This document shows positions 20,483 to 29,415 of a DNA stretch of 64,000 nucleotides, piece by piece (the stretch's first letter is position 1; every line of letters starts with the position of its first letter). The stretch is from Patescibacteria group bacterium UBA4787. GTDB lineage: Bacteria; Patescibacteriota; Patescibacteriia; UBA2591; UBA4787. The notes under the pieces were generated by a model. It was not told the DNA's origin. It did no database searches and saw only the letters and a list, made by a program, of their open reading frames with translations. The stretch lies in contig DHGX01000003.1 in assembly GCA_002402995.1 (NCBI GenBank), forward strand, positions 3,765 through 67,764, given 5' to 3'. Position numbers and translations under genes: made by a program.

Positions 20483-21061
20483 ATGTATCTCGTTCCAACA
20501 GTAATTGAAAAATCTACTCACGGAGAACGAGCTTATGATATTTATTCTCGTCTTTTGAAAGAAAGAATTATTTTTTTAGGAGATATGGTTGACGATGCGG
20601 TTGCTAATACGATTATTGCGCAACTTTTATTTCTGGAGAGTGAAGACAAGAATCGGGACATTAAGCTTTATGTAAACACGCCTGGCGGTTCAGTAACGGC
20701 CGGACTAGCGATTTATGATACGATGCAATACATTAAGCCGGATGTTATGACGATTTGTGTTGGTACTGCCGCTTCGATGGGCGCTGTTTTATTAAGCGCC
20801 GGCGCTAAAGGCAAGCGCTTGGCTCTGCCGAATGCCGAAGTAATGATTCACCAGGTGATGGGCGGATTTGAAGGCCAGGCGACGGACATTAAAATTAGAG
20901 CCGAGCATATTCTTAAGGTGCGCGATCAAATTAATAAAATTTTGGCTAAACACACGGATCAACCCTTAACAAAAATAGAAAAAGACACGGATCGTGATTT
21001 CTTTATGTCCGCCGAAGAAGCCAAGCGCTACGGTATCGTTGATAAAATTATCCACAAATAA
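20483..21061 (+). CDS. clpP: ATP-dependent Clp protease proteolytic subunit
   Basis: …ERIIFLG…[24 protein letters not shown]…[10 protein letters not shown]…MIHQ, typical ClpP catalytic Ser/His context. Confidence 0.9.
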   Translation: MYLVPTVIEKSTHGERAYDIYSRLLKERIIFLGDMVDDAVANTIIAQLLFLESEDKNRDIKLYVNTPGGSVTAGLAIYDTMQYIKPDVMTICVGTAASMGAVLLSAGAKGKRLALPNAEVMIHQVMGGFEGQATDIKIRAEHILKVRDQINKILAKHTDQPLTKIEKDTDRDFFMSAEEAKRYGIVDKIIHK

Positions 21062-21158
21062 AAGGTATTAAACTTTTTATTTGTAAAATATTCTTTTTTC
21101 AAAAGCCGAGAAACACGGTCAGTTTTTGTTGAAAAATTAAATAAATAAAATCAAAAGT

Positions 21159-22676
21159 ATGCAGGATATTATTTTAACAATAGCAGGTTTAATTGTTGGT
21201 CTCGGATTAGGCTATTGGATGAGGCGTTTAATCGCCTTAAGAAAAGCAGCAACCGCCGAAGCGCAAGCCGAAGAAATTATTAAAAACGCGAAAAACAAAC
21301 AACAAGAACTTCTGTTCAGCGCGCGCGAAGAAGCAATGAAAGTTATTGATGAGGCGAAACGAGAAGAGATAAACCGAAGAAGAGAGCTTAAGGCTTTGAC
21401 TGATCGCTTAGAAAGAAGAGAAAGCTTATTTGATAAAAAGTTATTGGAATTAGAAGAAAAACAACAGCAGTTAAACGACAAAGCCTCCAAATTGGAAGAA
21501 ATAAAATCAAGGATTAAGCAATTGCACGAAGAAGCGCTCGCTAAATTGGAAGAAGTTTCGTCAATGACCAGAGAAGAAGCTTTAAAATTTCTTTTAGAAA
21601 AAACAGAGAAAGACAATCAAGACGTTATTTTGGAGCGTTTAAAAAAAATAGAGCGAGCAGGAAGTGATTTATACGAGAAGAGGGCGCGCGAAGTAATGAG
21701 TTTGGCTATGGAAAGAATCGCCACTTCTCATGCGACCGAAAGAACGACGAGCACGGTCAATATTCCTTCAGATGATTTAAAAGGTCGAATTATCGGCCGT
21801 GAAGGAAGAAATATCAAAGCCGTAGAACAATTAACTGGTGTGGAAATAATTGTTGATGATACGCCGGGCGCTATTTTTATATCTGGATTTAATCCAATTC
21901 GTCGTCAATTGGCAAAAATGGTCTTAGAAAAATTAATTTTAGATGGACGCATTCAGCCGGCACGCATAGAGAAAGTAGTAGAAGATGCCAAGAAAGAATT
22001 AGTGCAAGATATTCGTTCTGCTGGCGAGGATGCCGCTTATCAGGTAGGCATCACGGGTCTTGACCCGAAACTTATCACTTTGGTCGGCCGGTTAAAATAT
22101 CGAACAAGTTATGGCCAAAATGTTTTGCAACATTCAATAGAAGTGGCCAATCTTTCCGAAATTTTAGCCACCGAATTAGGCGCCGATGAATCCGTGGCCA
22201 AGAAGGCAGGTTTTTTTCATGATATTGGCAAGGCGGTTGACCATGAAGTAGAGGGAACGCATCCGGCTATTGGCCAAGATTTGATGCAAAAATTTGGCTT
22301 TCCTGAAAAAATGATTATTCCCATCGCCACGCATCACGAAGATCATCCGCCAACACTTGAAGCGGTGATCGTCAAGGTTGCTGATGCCTTGTCAGCTTCG
22401 CGTCTGGGCGCCAGGAAAGATAACTACGAAGACTTCATTAAAAGATTAGAAGATTTAGAGGGTGTGGCGAAAAGTTTTGCTGGCGTAGAAAAAGTTTATG
22501 CGATTCAGGCAGGTCGTGAATTAAGAGTTTTTGTAGTGCCACAAGAAATAAATGACTTAGAAGCGGCTAAATTAGCCCGTCAAATAGCCGATCGTATTGA
22601 AGCAGAGCTCAAATATCCAGGGGAAATTAAAGTTACGGTTATCAGAGAAAATAGAATTATTGAGTTCGCCAGGTAA
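21159..22676 (+). CDS. rny: Ribonuclease Y
   Basis: N-terminal TM, coiled-coil, KH domain (GRIIGREGRNIKAVEQLTGVEIIVDD) and HD domain (HSIEVANL…FFHDIGKA). Confidence 0.9.
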   Translation: MQDIILTIAGLIVGLGLGYWMRRLIALRKAATAEAQAEEIIKNAKNKQQELLFSAREEAMKVIDEAKREEINRRRELKALTDRLERRESLFDKKLLELEEKQQQLNDKASKLEEIKSRIKQLHEEALAKLEEVSSMTREEALKFLLEKTEKDNQDVILERLKKIERAGSDLYEKRAREVMSLAMERIATSHATERTTSTVNIPSDDLKGRIIGREGRNIKAVEQLTGVEIIVDDTPGAIFISGFNPIRRQLAKMVLEKLILDGRIQPARIEKVVEDAKKELVQDIRSAGEDAAYQVGITGLDPKLITLVGRLKYRTSYGQNVLQHSIEVANLSEILATELGADESVAKKAGFFHDIGKAVDHEVEGTHPAIGQDLMQKFGFPEKMIIPIATHHEDHPPTLEAVIVKVADALSASRLGARKDNYEDFIKRLEDLEGVAKSFAGVEKVYAIQAGRELRVFVVPQEINDLEAAKLARQIADRIEAELKYPGEIKVTVIRENRIIEFAR

Positions 22677-22705
22677 TTATTTTGTGCTATAATTAATTTA
22701 TTATG

Positions 22706-23019
22706 CCCCGTAATACAACTTCCAGAATGTTCTTCTTTATTTATGTTCTCCAAAGCCTTTCAAAGACAAGAAATTATATATCGGCTATACTAACAATCTC
22801 AAGCAACGAATCAAAGAACATCAAAGGGGCAGATTTTTTTCAACCAAATTCAGATTGCCTTTTCAGCTTATTTATTTCGAGGGCGGTCTTGACGAAAATG
22901 ACGCCAAGCGCCGCGAAGGTTATCTAAAAACCACCCAAGGACGTCGATTCCTTGGTCTAAGATTAATCCAGTACCAACGTCTTAAAAAGGCGCTTGCGGC
23001 TGGAAGATGATATACGGGG
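22706..23019 (+). mobile_element. GIY-YIG mini-element, family 1, full-length copy. Bounded by imperfect TIRs CCCCGTAATACAACTTC / GAAGATGATATACGGGG and flanked by TATG on both sides
   Basis: The same 17-20-nt terminal motifs recur at 44858-44998 (+) and 49359-49621 (-). The right end abuts the ATG of the downstream ymdB-like gene (…ACGGGGT-ATG). Confidence 0.6.
22727..23010 (+). pseudogene. GIY-YIG nuclease superfamily protein (YhbQ/UPF0213-like, ~95 aa) interrupted by a -1 frameshift in an A3 run (~22771-22773)
   Basis: Frame 1 gives MFFFIYVLQSLSKTRN. Frame 3 continues LYIGYTNNLKQRIKEHQRGRFFSTKFRLPFQLIYFEGGLDENDAKRREGYLK… One extra A restores a contiguous GIY-YIG domain. Confidence 0.65.
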
Positions 23020-23020
23020 T

Positions 23021-23815
23021 ATGCGAATATTGTTTTTCGGCGACATTATGGGCGGTTTGGGCCGCGCGGCTGTAAAAAAAATTATACCACAATATAAAAA
23101 ACGGTATAAACCTGATTTGATTTTGGCAAATGGAGAAAACTTGGCCCACTTAAAAGGTATGACACCTAAAACTGTTAAAGAAGTTTTGGATTCGGGTATT
23201 GATTATCTGACTAACGGAAATCATTTTTTTGGCAGAAAAGAAATTATAGAAGTAGTTAACAAAAAAATGCCAATTATCAGGCCAGCGAATTATCCAGAAG
23301 ATACTCCGGGCCAAGGATATGTGATCATAAAAAAAGACAAGCAAAATATTTTGTTAATCAATCTGCTGGGCCGGGTTTTTTTAAGACCCGTCCTTGATTG
23401 CCCTTTTCGCAAAGCAGAAGAGATTTTAAAAAAAACTAAAGCGAATCTAAAGAAAAATATCATTATCGTTGATTTTCACGCAGAGGCGACTTCGGAGAAG
23501 GCGGCTTTCGGTTATTGGCTAGACGGCAAGGTTTCCGCGGTGGTTGGCACTCATACACACGTACCAACAGCCGATAATAAGATTCTATCCAAAGGCACGG
23601 CTTATGTCACTGATATCGGAATGGTTGGCGCTAGCGATTCGATTATCGGAGCCGCTAAAGAAGGTATTATTCGATCATATCTAACACAAATACCAGAACC
23701 TTTGATTTCACCTCAAGAAGGGCAAGCGACTATCAACGCGGTTTTAATTGAGATAGACGACAAAAGTCATTTATCTAAAAAGATTATTCGTTGCGACGAA
23801 GAAGTATTAATCTAA
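23021..23815 (+). CDS. ymdB: YmdB-like 2',3'-cyclic-nucleotide phosphodiesterase (TIGR00282 metallophosphoesterase)
   Basis: [15 protein letters not shown]…[15 protein letters not shown]…NGNHFF…; ATG at 23021 (track ORF starts at an upstream in-frame TTG). Confidence 0.8.
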   Translation: MRILFFGDIMGGLGRAAVKKIIPQYKKRYKPDLILANGENLAHLKGMTPKTVKEVLDSGIDYLTNGNHFFGRKEIIEVVNKKMPIIRPANYPEDTPGQGYVIIKKDKQNILLINLLGRVFLRPVLDCPFRKAEEILKKTKANLKKNIIIVDFHAEATSEKAAFGYWLDGKVSAVVGTHTHVPTADNKILSKGTAYVTDIGMVGASDSIIGAAKEGIIRSYLTQIPEPLISPQEGQATINAVLIEIDDKSHLSKKIIRCDEEVLI

Positions 23816-23828
23816 TAGTAAAAATATT

Positions 23829-23966
23829 ATGCCACAGAGAACTTATCAGCCTAAAAAAAGAAAGAGAGCGCGTACGCACGGATTTTTAAAAAGAATGCGC
23901 ACGAGGGCCGGTCGACAGGTTTTGTCTAGACGTCGAGCCAAAAAAAGAAAAAAATTAACCGTTTAA
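23829..23966 (+). CDS. rpmH: 50S ribosomal protein L34
   Basis: 45-aa [48 protein letters not shown], missed by the >=60-aa ORF track. Confidence 0.85.
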   Translation: MPQRTYQPKKRKRARTHGFLKRMRTRAGRQVLSRRRAKKRKKLTV

Positions 23967-23969
23967 TTC

Positions 23970-24314
23970 ATGCTTCGGAAGATTAATCGACTGACCAAGG
24001 AGCGCGATTTTGACAGAATGGCCAAATTCGGCCGGTCTTTAGTTCTGCCATTTTTAATCATCCGGAGTTTTAAAAAAGAAGAAGGGTCTTTCTCGCGCTT
24101 CGGATTTATTGTTTCCAAAAGGATCTCAAAATTAGCGACCCGCAGAAATTATATCAAAAGAATTATGCGCGAAATTGTACGTGATTTGTTAAGCGATATA
24201 CTCATTGGTTATGATTTCGTTTTTATCGCCCGTTCGCCGATAAAATTCATCAATTTTTCCGAATTAAAAAATTCGATCTATGCAGCTTTTAAAAAAATGA
24301 ATTTATTAAAATAA
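23970..24314 (+). CDS. rnpA: Ribonuclease P protein component
   Basis: 114-aa basic protein directly after rpmH (conserved rpmH-rnpA-yidC order); RnpA-like LTKERDFDRMAKFGRS… motif. Confidence 0.75.
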   Translation: MLRKINRLTKERDFDRMAKFGRSLVLPFLIIRSFKKEEGSFSRFGFIVSKRISKLATRRNYIKRIMREIVRDLLSDILIGYDFVFIARSPIKFINFSELKNSIYAAFKKMNLLK

Positions 24315-24320
24315 ACATTT

Positions 24321-25070
24321 ATGCTACATCTTTTTCACGAAGTGCTTTATCGTCCGCTGCTTAATTTGTTGGTATTTTTTTATGATATTTTTCCTTTTCA
24401 TGATTTGGGTTTGGCGATATTATTATTGACCCTGGTTATCAGACTTATTCTTTGGCCTTTGTCGCAAAAAGCCCTAAAATCGCAAAAAGCCCTACAGGTT
24501 ATCCAGCCCAAAATTACTGCTTTGCGTGAAAAATATAAAAAAGATCCGTCTATGTTGGCACGGGCCACTATGGCTATTTATAAAGAAAACAAGGTTAATC
24601 CATTTTCTTCCATATTTTTATTGCTTATTCAATTGCCGATTCTGTGGGCGGTCTATCAGGTTTTTATGAGTGGACTCGTCTCCAAAAATTTAACCACGGA
24701 TCTTTATAGTTTTATTTCTAATCCAGGTGTTTTGAATGTTTTTTCTTTCGGTGTTTTAGATTTATCTAAACCCAATTTAATTTTGACCTTGATTACGGGT
24801 TTGCTTCAATATTGGCAAGGGAAGATGTTAAGCACAATCCAGCCGCCTCCGAATTTGGCCAAGAAAGAAGGCGCTAAAGACGAAGGCGTAATGGCGATTA
24901 TGAATAAGCAAATGATCTTTATGATGCCGATTTTGACGGTTTTTATCGGCTTGGGTTTGCCTAGTGGTTTGATGCTATATTGGTTAATCGGCTTGGTTTT
25001 AACAATAATTCAACAAAAACTAAGCTTTAAGAAAGCGACAAGCCTGGATGTCATTGCGAATAAAAAATAA
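24321..25070 (+). CDS. yidC: Membrane protein insertase YidC (short Oxa1-type)
   Basis: …ILLLTLVIRLILWPLSQKALKSQKALQVIQPKITALREKYKKDPSML…NPFSS…QLPILWAVYQ…. Confidence 0.85.
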   Translation: MLHLFHEVLYRPLLNLLVFFYDIFPFHDLGLAILLLTLVIRLILWPLSQKALKSQKALQVIQPKITALREKYKKDPSMLARATMAIYKENKVNPFSSIFLLLIQLPILWAVYQVFMSGLVSKNLTTDLYSFISNPGVLNVFSFGVLDLSKPNLILTLITGLLQYWQGKMLSTIQPPPNLAKKEGAKDEGVMAIMNKQMIFMMPILTVFIGLGLPSGLMLYWLIGLVLTIIQQKLSFKKATSLDVIANKK

Positions 25071-25087
25071 GCAACATTCTAAATATA

Positions 25088-25507
25088 TTGTGGAAATTAA
25101 ACAAAATTGGTAAAATAAAGATAGTCAACTATCATTATTTTTTTATGTATTCATTTATATCTTTTATAAAATTTATCATTATTGATCCGATTTTAGAGAT
25201 TCTCTATTTTCCCTTTTGGTGGTATACAAAAGGTTTAAAAAATGCGGCTCTTTCTTTGCGTAACAATATCCATAAACTGGCGCATACTTTGGCCATCCGT
25301 TTGTTGTTGGCAAATATGTTTAAGCCGATGTTTGGCCAATATTCATTGAACGGCAGAATTATTAGTTTTTTTATGCGTGTTTTACAATTATTGTTTTATT
25401 CAATATTATTTATGATTGGCGTAATAATATTATTAGTTTTATTTTTTATTTGGATCGGAATTTTGCCCTATGCGGTTTATCAATTAATAAATTCGGCCGG
25501 TTTTTAA
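25088..25507 (+). CDS. Hypothetical small polytopic membrane protein
   Basis: 139-aa ORF with 3-4 hydrophobic helices; no recognisable family. Confidence 0.4.
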   Translation: MWKLNKIGKIKIVNYHYFFMYSFISFIKFIIIDPILEILYFPFWWYTKGLKNAALSLRNNIHKLAHTLAIRLLLANMFKPMFGQYSLNGRIISFFMRVLQLLFYSILFMIGVIILLVLFFIWIGILPYAVYQLINSAGF

Positions 25508-25511
25508 TTCT

Positions 25512-28256
25512 ATGGATTTCATTTATTGTCCAAAATGCGGAGGACTTGGTTATTTGGCGGATAAAAAATCGTGTCCGGTTTGTCGTCGGGCCGGTCTTTA
25601 TACTTGGGCCGGTGGTTTTCTGATATATTTTCGTCGAGCCTACATGGGCTGGCAAATTTGGCTGTTCCGCATTAAGAGAATTGTTATCTTTATCGTAGAA
25701 GCAATTTTATTTTTGTATGGCATTGTTGGTTTGTTGGCCATTCTTAAATTTTTTATCCGGATTAATCTTCCCTGGTTGGCTAACGTCAATTTTTTTGGTT
25801 TAGTTGACCTTAATCATAATCAACAGGGTCTGTTGATTATTTTTTGGCTGTCAATAATCACTAATTGTTTTTTTTATTATCGCCTTACTCGAAAAAGTGA
25901 AGAAAAAAGAAAGATCTGGCCAAAGACTGTTCGTCAAGCTGTTAATTTGCCGTCAACATGGGACGAGATTCAACATCTTGGTCGCAAGATTAAAATCAAT
26001 GCTGCTGACGCTCTCTCACAAGAAGCAGAACAAATGTTCTTAAAGGCAATGGCTTTGGCAAGAAAGATGGGGCATGAACACTTGATGCCGATTCATCTTT
26101 TTGCTGTTGGCTTCTCTGCTTCCAAGGTTAATTTGGCTTTGATGCGATTGGGGTTTGATTTACCCAAGATGCAAACAAAAATTTCTGTAGCTTTGAGTAA
26201 ACTGCCGGTTAAAAGTAAAATTTCAACCGTGCCGATAATTTCCAAAGAAGCGAAAGAAGTGTTTGTCGGGGCTTATGGCATAGCTAGTGATAAAAAATTG
26301 AGAGAGATCGAGTCTTTGCATATTTTAGAAAGCTTGAGTATTCAAAACGGTCATGTTAAAGATATTTTGTATGATTTTAATATTACAGTTGATGATATAC
26401 GCAATGTTGTAGTTTGGATAGAAATTTATAATCAATTATATCAAGAGTGGAAAAGATTTTCTGGTTTGGCGCGCTTCAAACCTAAGGGTGGTATGAATCG
26501 AGCTATGACTGCCATTGCCACTCCAAATCTTGATTTGTATAGTCAAGACTTGACCCTTTTAGCGAGATCTGGTTATTTAGGACCGTGTATTGACAGAGAA
26601 AAAGAACAAGATTCAATTTTACGAACGATTGAAGGCGGGAAAAGAGGCGTGGTTCTGGTTGGACAACCGGGTGTTGGACGAACTACAATAATTAATGGTT
26701 TGGCTAGACGCATGGTGACCGAAGATATGCCCAAAATTTTCCAAGATAAACGCCTAGTGAGTTTAAACGTTTCTGATTTAATAGCAGGCGCTTCTCAGCC
26801 AGGTGAAATCGAACAGCGTCTCCAGTTTATTTTGAGCGAAATTAGTCGCTCGGGAAACATTATTTTGTTTATTCCTAATATTCAAAATATTGTAGGCATG
26901 AAAACCACACAAGGCGAATTAGACATTTCAGAAATTTTAGCCGACGCAATTAAAAAACAAGTTTTGATGGTTTTGGCCACCACTACACCCAATGATTATA
27001 CTCGTGTTATTGATGGGCGGTCTTTGGGGGAAGCCATGGGCAGGATTAACATTGAAGAACCAGACAAAAATACAACCATACAGATCTTAGAGGCCAATGT
27101 GGCCAATATTGAGTCTAAAGAACAAGTTTATTTTTCCTATGGCGCCATTAGTCAGGCTTATACCCTTTCGGTCCGTTATATGCACGAGCGTTTCTTGCCA
27201 GATAAAGCCATCGGCCTTCTAAATGAAGCTTCCGTTTTTGTGCGCAATAAGCGCGGCAAACAAAATGTGGTAACCGCCGAAGATTTGTCAGTGTTGGTGG
27301 CGGAGAAAACAAATATCCCGATAACCAAGTTAACCGAGAACGAAAGCGCTAAATTACTTAATTTAGAAGAGCAAATACACCAGAGAATTATTGGCCAAGA
27401 CGAGGCAGTGAAAATGGTGGCTGCGGCTTTGCGTCGAGCGCGCACAGAGTTGAGAAATCCTAAAAAACCAATTACCAATTTATTATTTTTGGGACCGACC
27501 GGCGTTGGTAAAACCGAACTGGCTAAAACCGTAGCCAGTGTTTATTTTGGAGACGAGAATAAGATGATCCGATTAGATATGAGCGAATATCAGGATAAGG
27601 CGAGTATTCATCGTTTAATCGGTATGCCGGGCTCTGGCGAGCCGGGTTATTTAACCGAAGCTGTCCGTCAAAATCCATTCTCGTTGGTTTTATTAGACGA
27701 AATCGAAAAAGCTCACCCGGATATCTTAAATGTTTTTTTGCAAGTTATGGACGATGGTCGTTTGACAGACATTTTGGGTAGAACTATTGATTTTACAAAT
27801 ACGGTTATAATTGCCACTTCAAACGCCGGTTCTGTTTTCATTCAAGGAGCCATGCGTAGCAATATGCCCTTTGAAGAATTGCATAAGGAATTAATCGAAG
27901 AAAAATTAAACGAATATTTCCGACCAGAGTTTATTAATCGTTTTGATGGCGTTATAGTTTTTAAACCATTGACTCAATCGGAAATCAGACAAATTGCTTC
28001 TTTGCTGGTTAAAAGCACGGCCAAACAATTGGCGGACAAAGGTATTCTTTTAAAAGTGACCGACGCTGCTCTAGAGGAATTATCTCAACTTGGGTTTGAT
28101 CCGATTTTCGGCGCCCGGCCGCTTAAAAGAGTTATCCAAGAGAAAATAAACGATTCTTTGGCGAAATTTCTTTTGGCCGGACAAGTTGGTCGGAGAGATA
28201 CGGCAGTTTTGGACAAGGGAGGCATTATTACTATTGAAAAAGGAGAAACGTTTTAA
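25512..28256 (+). CDS. ClpC/ClpB-like double-AAA+ chaperone ATPase with N-terminal zinc-ribbon and transmembrane segments
   Basis: CPKCGG…CPVCRR zinc ribbon followed by 2-3 TM helices. D1 P-loop GQPGVGRTTII with degenerate Walker B (LFIPN). D2 GPTGVGKTELAK with LVLLDEIEKAH. Clp_N-like repeats and short UVR-like linker. Confidence 0.75.
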   Translation: MDFIYCPKCGGLGYLADKKSCPVCRRAGLYTWAGGFLIYFRRAYMGWQIWLFRIKRIVIFIVEAILFLYGIVGLLAILKFFIRINLPWLANVNFFGLVDLNHNQQGLLIIFWLSIITNCFFYYRLTRKSEEKRKIWPKTVRQAVNLPSTWDEIQHLGRKIKINAADALSQEAEQMFLKAMALARKMGHEHLMPIHLFAVGFSASKVNLALMRLGFDLPKMQTKISVALSKLPVKSKISTVPIISKEAKEVFVGAYGIASDKKLREIESLHILESLSIQNGHVKDILYDFNITVDDIRNVVVWIEIYNQLYQEWKRFSGLARFKPKGGMNRAMTAIATPNLDLYSQDLTLLARSGYLGPCIDREKEQDSILRTIEGGKRGVVLVGQPGVGRTTIINGLARRMVTEDMPKIFQDKRLVSLNVSDLIAGASQPGEIEQRLQFILSEISRSGNIILFIPNIQNIVGMKTTQGELDISEILADAIKKQVLMVLATTTPNDYTRVIDGRSLGEAMGRINIEEPDKNTTIQILEANVANIESKEQVYFSYGAISQAYTLSVRYMHERFLPDKAIGLLNEASVFVRNKRGKQNVVTAEDLSVLVAEKTNIPITKLTENESAKLLNLEEQIHQRIIGQDEAVKMVAAALRRARTELRNPKKPITNLLFLGPTGVGKTELAKTVASVYFGDENKMIRLDMSEYQDKASIHRLIGMPGSGEPGYLTEAVRQNPFSLVLLDEIEKAHPDILNVFLQVMDDGRLTDILGRTIDFTNTVIIATSNAGSVFIQGAMRSNMPFEELHKELIEEKLNEYFRPEFINRFDGVIVFKPLTQSEIRQIASLLVKSTAKQLADKGILLKVTDAALEELSQLGFDPIFGARPLKRVIQEKINDSLAKFLLAGQVGRRDTAVLDKGGIITIEKGETF

Positions 28257-28264
28257 TTTAAAAC

Positions 28265-29275
28265 ATGTTTAGAAAATATTTTTTTATTTTATATATTTTT
28301 CTTGTTTTTTTGCTCGTCATTGTGTATTATAGATGGCAGGCGTATGTTCTTTTACACGAAGATTTTGAATTGAAACAAATTAATATTACGCGAGGAGAAT
28401 CAGCGAGTAATGTTATTCAGCAACTCAAAAACCAGAAAATAATTGAAAGCGAACTCGGCTTTAAAATTTATGTTTATCTAAGGAATCGCACGAATCTTTT
28501 TCAGTCGGGTCAATATTATCTTAGTCCGACCATGAGCTGGAAAGAAATTCTTAATCTTCTAACATCAAAACAAGCCAACGAGCAAACTATAGTTGTTCGC
28601 GAAGGATGGACGCAGAGGGAAATAGCCGATTATTTAGAAAAATCAGGACTATTTTCTCAACAGAATTTTATAGCCACTTCTTATCAGCTCGGGTCTTCGG
28701 GTGTTTTGGACTATAGTTTTTTATCAGACAAACCGAGCAATCACTCTTTAGAGGGCTATCTTTTCCCTGATACTTATCGAGTTTATCGCGACGCTAAACC
28801 AGAAACGATCATTAAGAAGATGTTGGACAATTTCAATGATAGGCTTGATTCAGATATAAGAGAAGAAATTGTTCGTCAACATAAAAGTATTTTTGAGGTT
28901 TTAATTATAGCCTCTATTGTTGAGAAAGAGGCTGCCAGTGAAACCGACAGACAACTTGTGGCTGACATATTTTTAAGGCGTTTAGAAAATCGCATGCCGC
29001 TACAATCTTGCGCAACTATAAATTATATTTTAACTCAAAAGACAAAACATCTTAGTCTAGAACAAACGAAAATAGACTCGCCATACAATACTTACAAATA
29101 CTATGGCTTGCCGCCCGGACCGATTGGAAATCCAGGCATAAGTTCAATTAAAGCTGTTCTGTGGCCCGCAAAAAATAATTATTGGTATTTCCTTTCAACT
29201 GACAATAGCCAAATTATTTATAGCAAAACGAATAAAGAGCACGACCTTAATAAAGAAAAATATTTACCCCGTTAG
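28265..29275 (+). CDS. mltG: Endolytic murein transglycosylase MltG/YceG family
   Basis: N-terminal TM; …EGYLFPDTYRV…; …YNTYKYYGLPPGPIGNPG…. The last 3 codons and the TAG stop lie inside a MITE copy. Confidence 0.8.
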   Translation: MFRKYFFILYIFLVFLLVIVYYRWQAYVLLHEDFELKQINITRGESASNVIQQLKNQKIIESELGFKIYVYLRNRTNLFQSGQYYLSPTMSWKEILNLLTSKQANEQTIVVREGWTQREIADYLEKSGLFSQQNFIATSYQLGSSGVLDYSFLSDKPSNHSLEGYLFPDTYRVYRDAKPETIIKKMLDNFNDRLDSDIREEIVRQHKSIFEVLIIASIVEKEAASETDRQLVADIFLRRLENRMPLQSCATINYILTQKTKHLSLEQTKIDSPYNTYKYYGLPPGPIGNPGISSIKAVLWPAKNNYWYFLSTDNSQIIYSKTNKEHDLNKEKYLPR

Positions 29276-29376
29276 AGATTCAGCCGACATTATTTTTATA
29301 GAGAATATTTCGAGCGATAGCGCCTTACGGCTCGCGTCCAACTATCACGCCGTTCGGTCTTAAATCTCTAACGGGG
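29267..29376 (+). mobile_element. 110-bp MITE-like element, copy 1 (14-bp TIR CCCCGTTAGAGATT / AATCTCTAACGGGG; flanked by TTTA)
   Basis: Near-identical ends and central GCC-TTACGGCTC core shared with the copies at 41013-41122 and 49431-49540. Supplies the stop codon of mltG (…TTACCCCGTTAG). Confidence 0.7.
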
Positions 29377-29415
29377 TTTACGTTAAATTAAATAACACAC
29401 ACCCAAAATAATTAA

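Noticed and set aside
22703-22927. ORF-track protein MPRNTTSRMFFF… starting at the ATG inside the conserved ATGCCCCGTAATACAAC motif
   Set aside because: The same DNA motif (not the peptide) is conserved in three element copies including on the opposite strand, so it is a terminal repeat. The real coding potential is the frameshifted GIY-YIG ORF beginning at 22727.
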